A stretch of 64,000 bases of DNA from Octopus bimaculoides (Eukaryota), in assembly GCF_001194135.2 (NCBI RefSeq), contig NC_068983.1:150960775-151024774 (forward strand), in the 5' to 3' direction. The translations under genes and the position numbers were made by a program. The stretch's first letter is position 1. Each line of letters opens with the position of its first letter. The notes beneath the pieces were generated by a model, which had not been told where the DNA came from, did no database searches, and worked only from the letters and a program-made list of their open reading frames with translations. Shown here in pieces: positions 24,993 through 37,674 of the stretch.

Positions 24993-25828
24993 ATACACTA
25001 TATCAGTACATAGTTATGTTCCGTTACAAACAATTTTTCAAGTCTGTTGTGCTTGCATTTTTGCAAATTTTAATGGGCATCTTCCACCAAACATGTAGAA
25101 ATATATATATATTTCAGAAGTATAAATATATACATTCGAAATATTAAAATATTTTCATAATTTCGTAAGAGGTGCCTTTTTACGGAAGGTGTTTTATATT
25201 GTTTTACCAACAAGATTTTCTCACCATTGGAATGCAGTGTCTTTATGACAATCATTGGTAGCCAGTGTCTTGATGACAGTCACGGGTAACCAGTGATCTG
25301 ATATATAATGTCTTCCACAGATGTGTTAAACAATTGATATTTTCGGTCACATCTAAGGGATTTAACGCTTTATTGTCATTGCCATTTGCACCTGTCTCAT
25401 AAAGACATAACCTTGGAAATGTAATTTGATTTAACAGTCGAGGAGCCTACACGTATAGCCATTATGAAATTATTTACAAGTTTCTGAGAAAAATACAAGG
25501 TGCATTCTAAGCTTTGAAACTTTTTTAAAAGAGATATTTATTTACTTCAACAGAACTCTTGTCTCCATCAAAGTACAATCCTCTTATTTCAATACATATT
25601 AGTTTCCTGGTGGACTTGCTTATCCAGGCACATCATCGGATACTGAATACTTCTTGAAAATTTTAATCTTGACTATAAAGATCGTATTTTCTTAACTTTT
25701 GAGTATTATTAGGTTAAAGTTACATTAGTTATTTAACACTATGTCAAAGTCTGCAAGTTTGCACATACGTATTATAAATTCACAACATATGCATACATAG
25801 ATACAAGAATCACACGCACACACACACA

Positions 25829-25874
<46 letters not shown>

Positions 25875-26142
25875 NNNNNNNNNNNNNNNNNNNNNNNNNN
25901 NNNNNNNNNNNNNNNNNNNNNNNNNNNNNNNNNNNNNNNNNNNNNNNNNNNNNNNNNNNNNNNNNNNNNNNNNNNNNNNNNNNNNNNNNNNNNNNNNNNN
26001 NNNNNNNNNNNNNNNNNNNNNNNNNNNNNNNNNNNNNNNNNTTGATGACAAGCATTAAGTATTCATAGAAAGGAAGAACGAAAAAAAGAAAGAATGAAAG
26101 TAAAGGCTAGGTAGATGAATGAACAAATAAACGCACATATAT

Positions 26143-26541
26143 AGGCAGGAGTGGCTGTGTGGTAAGTGGCTTGCTTACCAACCACATGGTTCCGGGTTCA
26201 GTCCCACTGCGTGACACCTTGGGCAAGTGTCTTCTAGGATAGCCTCGGGCTGCCCAAAACTTTGTGAGTGGATTTGGGAGACGGAAACTGAAAGAAGCCC
26301 GTCGTATATATATATATAAATATATATATATATATGTTTGTGTCTGTGCTTGTCTCCCACCATCGCTTGACAACCGATGTTGTTGTGTTTACGTCCCCAT
26401 AACATAGTAGTTCGGCAAAAGATACTGATAGAATAAGTACTAGGTTTACAAAGAATAAATCCTGGGGGCGATTTGTTCGACTAAATGCAGTGCTCCAGCA
26501 TGGCCGCAGTCAAATGACTGAAACAAGTAAAAAATTAAAGA
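26143..26541 (+). mobile_element. SINE family B, full length
   Basis: Matches the consensus; internal (TA)n. Confidence 0.92.
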
Positions 26542-26702
26542 GTATATAAATAAACATTTGATACCATCAACGTCAGAATACCATCGATGACTATGATGAT
26601 GATGATAATGCTGCTCCTTCAGCTGATGGTGATGATGATGATGATGACGCAACGACAATGACGATGATCTTAATGACTGCGACGATGACAATATACACTA
26701 AC

Positions 26703-26935
26703 AAGGCGGCGAGCTGGCAGAAACGTTAGCAAGCCGGGCGAAATGCTTAGCGGTATTTCATCTGTCTTCAGGTTCTGAGTTCAAATTCCGCCGAGGTCGA
26801 TTTTGCCTTTCATCCTTTCGGGGTTGATAAATTAAGTACCAGTTACGCACTAGGGTCGATGTAATCAACTTAATCCTTTTTTTCTGTCCTTGTTTGTCCA
26901 CTCTGTATGTAGCCCCTTGTGGGCAATAAAGAAAG
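26703..26935 (+). mobile_element. SINE family A (tail type 1), first of a tandem pair
   Basis: aaggcggcgagctggcagaaacgttagc head; tail gtccttgtttgtcc.ctctgt.tgtagccccttgtgggcaataaagaaa. Confidence 0.92.
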
Positions 26936-27133
26936 AAGAAACGTTAGCAAGGCAGGCGAAATGCTTGGCTGTATTTCGTCTGTCTTTACGTTCTGAATTC
27001 AAATTCCGCCGAGGTCGACTTTGCTGTCATTCTTTCGGGGTCGATAAATTATGTACCAGTTGCGTACTGGGTCGATCTAATCGACTGACCCTCCTCCCAC
27101 AAAATTTCGGGCCTTGAGCCTTGAGTAGAAAAG
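26936..27133 (+). mobile_element. SINE family A (tail type 2), second of a tandem pair, slightly 5'-truncated
   Basis: gaaacgttagc...aaatttcgggccttg.gcct.gagtagaaaagaat. Confidence 0.9.
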
Positions 27134-27616
27134 AATATAGACTCACTTGATTCCATTATGCCACAATGGAAGTTTGCACGCATGGCTTAAATGTTATAGA
27201 CACACTGGAGTTAGAAAAACAAACCAGTTACATATATCTACACACACACACACACATGAACACGCATATGTACTAAATCACAAACTTATGCATACACAAG
27301 AGCACAGCAACACGCAAACGATTAAGAAAGTCATATTATCATATAATATAATATGATATCAAAAAGAGAAAGAATGAATCATTATCTAATACTGTATCTG
27401 GCCCTCTTTGCCGCCCAATCACTCACCTCAGTCCTTCAAACGTAGCAGACCATGACCTAGCAAATCTTGCCTTTCACGTTCATACCGTACCTGTTCACCC
27501 CGGCATGTCACTCTCGTCTCCAGGTATATTGTTTCATTTGGGGGTGATATCTCATTATAGACATTGGCCGACATTGGCCGTGAGTGTTAGCGTATGAGTA
27601 CGTGTGTGCATATATT

Positions 27617-27659
<43 letters not shown>

Positions 27660-29164
27660 ATGTAACGTATATATATGTGTGTGTAAGCGCGTGCGTGTGT
27701 ATGTGTGAGTGAGTGTATATGTGTGAAATGCGTGGGCTTTCTGTCTGTGTGTGCATGCGCGGGGCGTATGCATTGTATTACTGTACTCTGGGAGTGGCAT
27801 TTCGCCAATAAAAACACGTGCATTGATTGTGGTTTAATATGCTTATAAATAAATAAATTTATAAATAAAGCAATTAATTAATCAAATAATTGATTTGTTA
27901 ATGTCTTTCACCACCCTACACTACATCACACAATGGCTGTCTTCTTTTCTGTCTCTGTATGTAAATATGTATGTACTTGTATATGCCTGTTGTGTTATTG
28001 TGTGTATGTGTGTTATGAGTGTGATGTGCATGTGTGTGTGTGTATATATACTGTGGCATTAGAGTGATGTGTGAGTTTATTGTGATGAAAGTAATTTAAA
28101 GAAAATCTACGTAATCTCCAATTAAATCTCGTACCCATTAATAAAAAATATTTCTTTGTACCGATGCTAACTGTAGAATTTGCAAATCTATGCCGATGAA
28201 ATCTAGATATAAATTGCAAAATCAGGAACGTAGTATACAGCATGAGGGGCGTGTGGCATCACTACACCTTAGATGAAAAGAACAGCTCGTAGATGTGATG
28301 AAAGAACCGATAACATTGAGTGGGTATAATGTAAACATATCAGCAGCTATACTTTACAAACATGCATTAGACAAGCATGAAGAATCGATAAATACTATCG
28401 AGAAGTGCTATCCGCATGCTCATTCGATCCAACAGTCAGGTAAGTTAGCGAAGCAGTATCCATACAAAAAGTTGGCTGCTCTTTCAAACAAGAGTAAGCT
28501 TGCAAGAAGCCTTACTAATCGTCATACCTTATAACAAATTAAACTCAGAAGCAGTGGCGGCTCGTAGATAAAATTAGTGGGGTTGCTGCTTCAGAAAATT
28601 GTCAGCCGTTGTTTTAATATTGTGTAAAAGAAAACAAACATATAAAAAGAAAATTTATACATAAACTTGATCGGTTCGCGTTTTAGCCACTGCCGGGTAG
28701 TGTGTTTAATTTAGCGTGTTTAATTTATCACATTCAAGAATATAAACACGTTTTTAAGCACAATACACGCGGAGTCAAAAAGAAACACTACCTTCCACCG
28801 GAACACCGGGGTAGGCACTGTCGTTCACGCAGGGCTCTAGCCCCTTCGGACATGTCCTTTCTTTTTTTTTTAGACAGTAAAGTAAGTTGTATTTAGAATG
28901 CGAAACAGATGCTATTTCTCGCTTGTCGAACAGCTGCGTGGATTGAATCCAATTCTTGTTTGCTCATATTACTGTTTTTAATGCATCGTTTGTTCGATCC
29001 AAAGACAGCTCTGATCAAACAGACCCATGGTTAGAGACGTTCAATCCATAACAATTCTGATTTTTCTTTTTTCCAGACATTTTATACTATGGCTTGCATT
29101 ATCCAAAATGTCTTTTTCAGAAGAAAATGGCGTAATGATTTAGACAATTTATATAACTTTATTA

Positions 29165-29424
29165 TAAAATAAATGTCCAACGCACTCCTTCTTGTTGACT
29201 CCAATGTTTTCAATTATATATATATTTCATGTTGCTCTGCGATCATTCCATCATCTGATATGTGGCACATGGTGCAGCTGTACAGATAATATCGACTTGG
29301 TATAAGGAGTGAACACGAACATTCGATCACTATAAACAAATCATCTGTGTGGTTGTTCAGCAAAAAATTGCCGAACCCTCATACATCGTTTAATGACGGG
29401 AGAGTCCATGATGATATGCATACA
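29165..29424 (+). repeat. ~260-bp repeat, left arm of an inverted pair (partner 31575-31836)
   Basis: Reverse complement aligns, e.g. gtggcacatggtgcagctgtacagataat / attatctgtacagctgcaccatgtgccac. Confidence 0.88.
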
Positions 29425-29654
29425 TATGCATATATTTACACACACACACACGCGCGCGCGCACATACACACACATACACACACTCGCGCACATATATATA
29501 TATACACAACAATTTGGCAATAATTGCTATGGCANNNNNNNNNNCGCGCACATATATATATATACACAACAATTTGGCAATAATTGCTATGGCAATTATT
29601 GCCTCAGGTAATGTCTAACTCAATAACACAACCTGGAATAGCCTTTGAAGTAAT

Positions 29655-29720
29655 GCTTCAAGACATCATAGCGCTCTCGAATGGTATTTCTTGGAGGAAT
29701 TTGCCTAGGTACTGTTTGAA
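29655..29720 (-). mobile_element. Short CR1 3' end fragment
   Basis: Minus strand DLITFKQYLGKFLQEIP, similar to the segments at 6098-6270 and ~9075. Confidence 0.45.
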
Positions 29721-31275
29721 TGTAATGAGGTCTTTTTCTTTTAGATTTCTTTCTGTTTAACGTTGCATAAAATAGGGCCAGCTGAAATGAAAAGTTGCGT
29801 TGTTATGTTGTTATGTAATGTGAGCTCAAGTTTAGTGGCAAGCGTATGTTTCTGGAGTCAAGTCTTGTGAACTTAATATCGGCATCATTTTGACAATGCT
29901 AATGGACTATTTACTACTGAGTACAAATGACAAAGCGCTCACAACGGAGTTAGTAAGAATGAAATTTGAAAATTTTGAGGAATTCTCAATCGCCAAGACG
30001 TCTTATCATTATTTTTGTGACCGATGTCGGGGGTGTTATACTTGAAAATTGTTCAACCAATAGAATCTCGATAGATTCTCGGTAAATCTCTATACAAGAA
30101 ATCTTGCTGCTACATCTAGCAGACCGACCGTCTGGCCTGTCGTCATCGTAGTTGCATAGTTGACGACATGGTCGTCGTTGTTGTCAGTGGTATTGTTGTC
30201 AGTGGTATTGTTGTCAGCTCAGCTTAACCGAGAAATCAATGGCTGGAATGTTGTTTGAATATGTAGTCACATTCTTTACTTTCTTAAGATCTTAATTTCA
30301 TGCAATATGTCTGAAATGTCATCCATAGCAGAAGCCATTTGTCACACTGTTTCACCCTAAGTTATAATCATTCCACCCCTCTCTCTCCCCCTCTCTTTCT
30401 CATTCTTTCACTTTCATTGCTCCTAAGTCTATCTTTTATACACATACGCACATATACGCAAGTTTATGTATAGGTATATAAGTATATACACATACATATA
30501 CACATACATATGTATGTATATGTATACATATACGTATACATATACATATACATATGTATGTATGTATATATGGATGTGTGTATGTAGTTACATACATATG
30601 TGTGTGTGTGTGTGTGAGTGTCTGTGTGTGTATGTGCCGTTATATATGCATGAATGAGTGAACAAACGAAAGAAAGGAAAGTAGCACCCAACACATTTCG
30701 CTAGAATTACATATATTTAATAACAATTTGATATAGCTCCATATAAAGTTTCGTGCGTGTTGTACATGTCCACCTCATCAGTCTCCAAATATCTGTTCAT
30801 ATGGAAGTGTTCAACACTCAAGAAAGTTCGAGTAATGTGCACCTGAAAGAAATTGTTGCATATATANNNNNNNNNNNNNNNNNNNNNNNNNNNNNNNNNN
30901 NNNNNNNNNNNNNNNNNNNNNNNNNNNNNNNNNNNNNNNNNNNNNNNNNNNNNNNNNNNNNNNNNNNNNNNNNNNNNNNNNNNNNNNNNNNNNNNNNNNN
31001 NNNNNNNNNNNNNNNNNNNNNNNNNNNNNNNNNNNNNNNNNNNNNNNNNNNNNNNNNNNNNNNNNNNNNNNNNNNNNNNNNNNNNNNNNNNNNNNNNNNN
31101 NNNNNNNNNNNNNNNNNNNNNNNNNNNNNNNNNNNNNNNNNNNNNNNNNNNNNNNNNNNNNNNNNNNNNNNNNNNNNNNNNNNNNNNNNNNNNNNNNNNN
31201 NNNNNNNNNNNNNNNNNNNNNNNNNNNNNNNNNNNNNNNNNNNNNNNNNNNNNNNNNNNNNNNNNNNNNNNNNNN

Positions 31276-31573
31276 NTACTTATTCTATCGGTCTCTTTTG
31301 CCGAACTGCTAAGTTACGGGGACGTAAACACACTAGCATTGGTTGTCAAGCGATGTTGGGGGGAACAAACACATACACACATACATATATATATATATAC
31401 ACATATATACGACGGGCTTCTTTCAGTTTCCGTCTACCAAATCCACTCACAAGGCTTTGGTCGGCCCGAGGCTATAGTAGAAGACACTTGCCCAAGGTGC
31501 CACGCAGGAGGACTGAACCCGGAACCATGTGGTTGGTAAGCAAGCTACTTACCACACAGCCACTCCTGCGCCT
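31276..31573 (-). mobile_element. SINE family B (3' end in gap)
   Basis: Close to consensus; internal (TA/CA) tract. Confidence 0.92.
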
Positions 31574-31574
31574 A

Positions 31575-31836
31575 TGTATGCATATCATCATGGACTCTCC
31601 CGTCATTAGACGATGTATGGGGGTTGGGCAATTTCTTGCTGAGCAACCACACAGATGATTTGTTTATAGTAACCAAAAGTTCGTGTTCACTCCCTATATC
31701 AAGTCGACATTATCTGTACAGCTGCACCATGTGCCACATGGCAGATGATGAAATGATCGCAGAGCAACATGAAATATATATAATTGAAAACATTGGAGTC
31801 AACACGAAGGAGTGCGGTTGGACATCTATTTTTTTA
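31575..31836 (-). repeat. ~260-bp repeat, right arm of an inverted pair (partner 29165-29424)
   Basis: Reverse complement of the left arm with scattered substitutions. Confidence 0.88.
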
Positions 31837-33006
31837 ATCACTACAATCGTTTCCCTGTAACGTAGTTCTTCAGTCGAGCAAGTACTTTATTATGCAACCA
31901 TTTCCCTGCATTCTGAGATCTAGTTGAATTTCCTCGGGCGATATGTAAATATTGTCTCCGTAAGTTCAAAATTCTCGGCTTCAAGGACATCCGCTCTGTC
32001 TGTCGTGGACTGAATTTAGTTGTAGTCTCGGAGCTTATCAGGATGTGTTGTTGCTGAAGGGTCGTTGGGAAACTGCTTTGAATGGTAGATGTAGTGGGAA
32101 AGTGATTCTGCTACTGTTAAAGTAGTCGCCGTTTTAAAGAGATTTGATTTGATTGGCATTTGATTTCTTTGTATTTTTGATTTGTTCTTCATAGTCGGCT
32201 ACACATGCGATTGTTCTTTGCTGACCTTTAAGATTCGGCCTATACGTACAGACACGTGTTGGTTCACATATACTTCCATATACGTAATAACGCTCGGACA
32301 TATATACACACACAAAAATACACGTATATATATATTCATACACATAAGCATATATACACACATACATACAGAGACACACATATATATATATACATGCACA
32401 CGCACACATATATACATATATACATCTATACACACACACATAATAATATAGATTTAATCAAAATATTAAATGTGGTACTTAAAATTTGTGAGGTACCAGA
32501 ATTTGGTAGTGTAAAAACCAAAAACAAAATCAAGAGATTTGGTGAATAAAATTTGAAGAAAAGCAACAAAAATTCAATTGGTTATAACAGTACGTATGTT
32601 TCGTACAAGCTCCATTTATTCATGTAGTGAGAACACTACATAGAATGTACAATGAAAATGTACTCCTCAGCTGCATAATGGAATTTCATTTTAGAAAGTC
32701 ATTTTGTAGATGTGTGCAAAAAACAAGAGTAAGAGAAGAAAATATATCATCTCGACTATGCTGCTGTTCAACACACATATACGGATATGTACGTGCATTC
32801 ACATACATACACATATACAAATATACGGATATACATAGACGCGCATGCATTACATACACAGCTGCTAGTGTGTGCATACACACACATATATTTACTTATG
32901 TAGGTACACACATTCATGCATAGTAAACACGCGGACAGGCATGCATACGTATATATAGAGAAGTACAACCCGACACACACTCACATAGTTAGGGGGAGAG
33001 AAGATT

Positions 33007-33381
33007 AAAAGAAGGAAAAATAAAATACGAAACAGAATGGTCAATAATAAAAAATGCCCATCCATATATTACACTATTCGGAGTATGTGACCTGGGCCTT
33101 AAGGTTGCTTTGTGCATCCTGCTAAGTAATGAAAACTTTGTAAACAAGCAAGCAGAGAAAATACCGAGATAAGTAAAAGAAGGAAAAATAAAATATGAAA
33201 TAGAATGGTCAATAATAAAAGATACATACCCATATAATACACTATCCTGCGTGTGTCACTTGTGCTTTGAAGAAGCCTTGTGCATCCTGTTAAGTAAAGA
33301 AAACTTGGTAAACAAGCATGCTGACAAAATACCGATAAGTTGCCACCTCACCAAATATTTTCAAGATTCAGCACAGTGAAT
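33007..33381 (+). mobile_element. Two tandem copies (168-bp unit) of a Penelope-like element C-terminal region
   Basis: Second copy reads KEGKIKYEIEWSIIKDTYPYNTLSCVCHLCFEEALCILLSKENLVNKH...SCHLTKYF, matching the Neptune-like PLE C-terminus (I.WSI...PY...C.LC.EE..IL...LNK..E...C.H..K). Confidence 0.7.
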
Positions 33382-33515
33382 AACAGTAACATTCGTCCTC
33401 ATCGGGACTGTCACATTATGTTGGCAAATAATCTTTACTCTCTCTCTCTATATATATATATATGTGTGTGCGTGTGTGTGTGAATATATGTGTGTGCGCG
33501 TGTGTGTGAATATAT

Positions 33516-33566
<51 letters not shown>

Positions 33567-33650
33567 TGTGTGCGTGTGTGTGTGTGTATGTGTCCGAGCG
33601 TTAGTACGTATATGGAAGTATATGTGAACCAACGCTTAAAGTTTTCTATC

Positions 33651-33985
33651 AGGCGTGGCTGTGTGGTTAAAAGTTTGGTTCACAACCATATGGTTTTGGG
33701 TTCAGTTCCACTGCATGGGACCTCGGGTAAGCGTCTTCTACAATAGCCTCGGACCGACCAAAGCCATGTGAGTGGATTTGGAAACTTAACGAAGCCCGTC
33801 GTGGATACGTATGTCTTTGTGTCTGTTTGTCTCCCACCACCTTTTGGCAACTGGTGTTGGTGTGATTATGTCCCCGTAAGCTAGCCTTTAAAACAAATAT
33901 GTCCTGGGGTCGATCCGGTCCATTAAAATCCTTCAAGGTGGTGCTCCATCATGGCCGTAGTCAAATGACTGAAACAAGTGAAAGG
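33651..33985 (+). mobile_element. SINE family B, diverged, internally deleted
   Basis: Head, CORE-like segment and 3' tail recognisable. Confidence 0.82.
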
Positions 33986-33991
33986 TAAGAG

Positions 33992-34043
<52 letters not shown>

Positions 34044-34088
34044 GTCTGTCTGTCTGTCTGTCTTTCTGTCTGTCTGTCTGCCTGCCTG

Positions 34089-34139
<51 letters not shown>

Positions 34140-34176
34140 GTCTGTCTGTCTGTCTGCCTGCCTGCCTGCCTGTCTG

Positions 34177-34217
<41 letters not shown>

Positions 34218-34305
34218 GTGCCTGCCTGCCTGTCTATCTATCTTCTTGTTTGCCTGTCTGCCTGCCTATCTGTCTATCTATCTGTCTACCTGCTTGTCTG
34301 TCTGT
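33992..34305. repeat. (TCTA)n/(TCTG)n/(CCTG)n compound tetranucleotide repeat
   Basis: Direct reading; begins just after the SINE B tail. Confidence 0.95.
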
Positions 34306-35560
34306 CGACGTGTAATACAGGCAAACAATGATTTATCCATCAATCTAGCTGTTTATTAAGTCATACAATCTTACACGATTCATTTACTTGCTACTTGCTT
34401 TTGTTGACATCCTCTTACTGCTTCTCACTCTGTTTTTTTAACTCTCTCATTCACATTCTCCCTTCTCCTCTCGGACACTGTGCTCCCCTCTTTCTTCCCA
34501 TATACTTTCATCGTTTGTTTTATTACTATCTTTTTTTCTTCTTCTATTTTTCACTCCCTTTTTTGCTTCTAGCTTCCCCTCTATTACACCTTATTTACAG
34601 TTCTGCTCTTATGTTAATCTGAGCAGGACCTTAAACTTGTAATGACAGGGTTTCGCTCAAAATGATAGCGGGGTATGATGCAGAGGTGTGCGTGTATGTG
34701 CGTGTGTGTTCATATATTTATATTTTGTGTGTGCCTCTCTATATGTACTTAATATATGAATATGTGTGTGTGTGTGTGCGTGTGTGTTACAGAGTGTTAC
34801 GTGGTGTGGGTTATTGAAAACTGCGCGGGGGAGAAGTACTCCCACTAACAGTACAAAGATAAGCCTGTGAGGGTCAGTAAGTTACAAATGCTCTGGCGTC
34901 AGTCGGTTAAAACACCACAGGGTGCTTGTGGTGGCGACACGTATCAGCTTACCCTTGTGAGACGGCAGTTTCCTTGTTAGATTATTTTTCTTTTGAATAC
35001 TTTTTTTTTTTTCTTCTTCAATAGTCTTTTATTCAATCTCTACCTCTCACCACCTACCCACCACAGGTACAAGTAAATAATAGAAATAATACACAGATAA
35101 ATAAATAAATATAGTATACAAAATAAATGAACAAAAAAAATCCATTGGTCTTCATCTAATATATCAAAGATGGCTTTACGATGTCTCTTTTAAAATTTAC
35201 TTATTTATGATTGGTCTTTATTGTTGGTTACCTTTATTGATATTGTCACCGTTGTCGTAGTTGTTTTTATTGTTGTTCAGCTTATTGCTGTTTTGTGTTG
35301 TGTTTTTGTTGCTTTTTTTTTTAAATATTATTTTTACACTAGTCGTAAACCGATTTTATGGTATAAAGGCAGATGAAATATTGAGGTGTGATTCAATATT
35401 TTAAGATATTGCAGTGGTTTATTCGTTGTGTAATGCAGTGTAAAAAGACACAAAAATGCACACACATTCGTACTCATAACCACATACATACACACACATT
35501 CACATACACACACACTCACATACACACACACATTCATCTGTAGGCACTCGCACGCGTCCT

Positions 35561-35607
<47 letters not shown>

Positions 35608-35945
35608 TAAAGCTTGAATGTTCTTACGAAGGACAGACTCATTAGCTTTCAAGTTTGGTGGCGTTAAGCGGATGAGATAAATCTCCGATTTGGTATGCCG
35701 CTGGTCCAGCAGATCAGGTAAGGGACATTGCCAGACGATAAGGGTTACAGTTTAGGTAAATTTATCAGGTTCACAGATTTATACGACAGAAACGGTAGAG
35801 CATCAGACAAAACATTTTGCGATATTTCATTACCATCCTCATACGCCTCGAGTTCAAATTCCGCTAGGGTCGAGTTTGTCTATAAATACTGATGTTGATT
35901 CAATTGAAGGTGTTGCCCCAGCATGGGCATAGTCCAATGAGTCTC

Positions 35946-36362
35946 TCTTTTACTCTCTCTTTTACTTGTTTCAGTCATTTGACTGCGTCCATGCTGGAGC
36001 ACCACCTTTAGTCGAGAAAATCGACCCCAAGACTTATTCTTTGTAAGCCTAGTACTTATTTTATCGGTCTCTTTTTGCCGAACCGCTAAGCTACGGGGAC
36101 CTAAACACACCAGCATCGGTTGTCAAGCGATGGTGGGGGTGGGGGTGGACAAACACAGACACACAGACACACAAACACACATACATATATACATATACAT
36201 ATATACGACAGGCTTCTTTCAGTTTCCGTCTACCAAATCCACTCACAAGGCTTTGGCCGGCCCGAAGCTATAGTAGAAGACACTTGCCCAAGGTGCCACG
36301 CAGTGGGACTGAACCCGGAACCGTGTGGTTGGTAAGCAAGCTACTTACCACACAGCCACTCC
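35946..36362 (-). mobile_element. SINE family B, full length
   Basis: Close to consensus. Confidence 0.92.
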
Positions 36363-36373
36363 GTATTGAAAAA

Positions 36374-36470
36374 GGGAAGTTGGCCGAGTGGATTGGGTAG
36401 TTGAGAATCATCCGAAAAGTTGACGGTTTGTGTCCTCGAGTCGGTACTGCGTTGAATTCTTGACTAAGAT
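36374..36470 (+). mobile_element. Degenerate tRNA-like SINE head of another family
   Basis: A box TGGCCGAGTGG followed by a decayed B-box-like GGTTTGTGTCC; no intact cloverleaf. Confidence 0.35.
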
Positions 36471-36768
36471 AAGTCTTAATGACCGAGTACATCTACCACA
36501 GATACATTCTTAGACTCAATATTCGCGTCCGTGCTGACAAAGAAATTGAAATTGTTACTGGTTCATTTAACATCAGGTTTTGTCCGAATAGCGGTGGTCC
36601 TGTGTGACACATAAATAGGTGCCAGCCCTCTTCTGCTTCCTATATGCATTAACCACGTTATTATCTTCTTTTATTTGACATATAACTGGAGTTCTTCACA
36701 AGTGCTACGACCTTGGGCCGCGTGGGAGTAGAGATGACTTAGTAGTAACTCCATACTCTCCGAACCTT

Positions 36769-36912
36769 CTTTCATTTGTCGTTTATCAAATCCACACACA
36801 CTGCCCGAGGTTATAGAAGAAGGTGCTTGGGCAAGGTTCTGCGCAGTGGGATTGAACCGAGAGCCATGAGCTTGGGAATCAAGCCTCTTACAACACAGCC
36901 ACGCCTGCGCCT
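36769..36912 (-). mobile_element. SINE family B 5' half, diverged
   Basis: ttgggcaagg..gcagtgggattgaacc..acacagccacgcctgcgcct. Confidence 0.78.
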
Positions 36913-37233
36913 ATCGAGATGAAAAAATTTTGTAAAACTATACAAAATTCATTTGTTTAATTGTTTTACAGCTTAGTTAGTGATTTATGCCAAATGCAAA
37001 TGTTTACAAATTTTACGAGTAGCAGTATTGCATTCCATGTCACGTTACACATCTAACAATCTTGATTACAGCTTCGAAAAAAATTGAATTCTCTTTTTTA
37101 ATCACATTTCGTTTCATTTTTTAAATTAGGTTTCAATGACTGAATTAAGTACACAGTCACACAAATACAAAGCAGGTACACACACACTCACAAACACACT
37201 CACAAACACGCACAATACACATATTCACACATT

Positions 37234-37467
37234 AAGGCGGCGAGCTGGCAGAAACGTTAGCACGCCGGGCGAAATGCTTAGCGGTATTTCGTCTGCCGCT
37301 ACGTTCTGAGTTCAAATTCCGCCGAGGTCGACTTTGCCTTTCATCCTTTCGGGGTCGATTAAATAAGTACGAGTTACGCACTGGGGTCGGTATTATCGAC
37401 TTAATCCGTTTGTCTGTCCTTGTTTGTCCCCTCTGTGTGTAGCCCCTTGTGGGTAGTAAAGAAATAC
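37234..37467 (+). mobile_element. SINE family A (tail type 1), near-consensus copy
   Basis: Full head, body and tail; highly similar to 46391-46620 and 26703-26935. Confidence 0.93.
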
Positions 37468-37674
37468 ATCCATACACACATACATCCATACACAAACACA
37501 CCTAGCAGGGCAAAGGACAATATGACATGTATTCTGCAGATTACGTTACGTATTGAAGTGGAATAGGGAAAATAGGCAAGATATTCTAAAGTGCAGTATG
37601 TATTCTTATGTAGTTGTTTATGCTTATAGTGTCGTTATGGCTTCACAAATAAATAAATAAATAAATAAATAAAT

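Noticed and set aside
28295-28534. ORF with LYKHALDKH resembling PLE endonuclease
   Set aside because: Only one weak motif; the GIY/YIG residues are not seen.
28553-28692. Possible hAT-like MITE (CAGTGGC...GCCACTG)
   Set aside because: Only a 7-bp terminal match and no clear TSD.
29485-29594. 50-bp direct duplication around a 10-N gap
   Set aside because: Typical unmerged contig overlap (assembly artefact).
34918-34935. CAGGGTG as a left TIR for the transposon ending at 42298
   Set aside because: Similarity fades after ~11 bp and no transposase 5' sequence follows.
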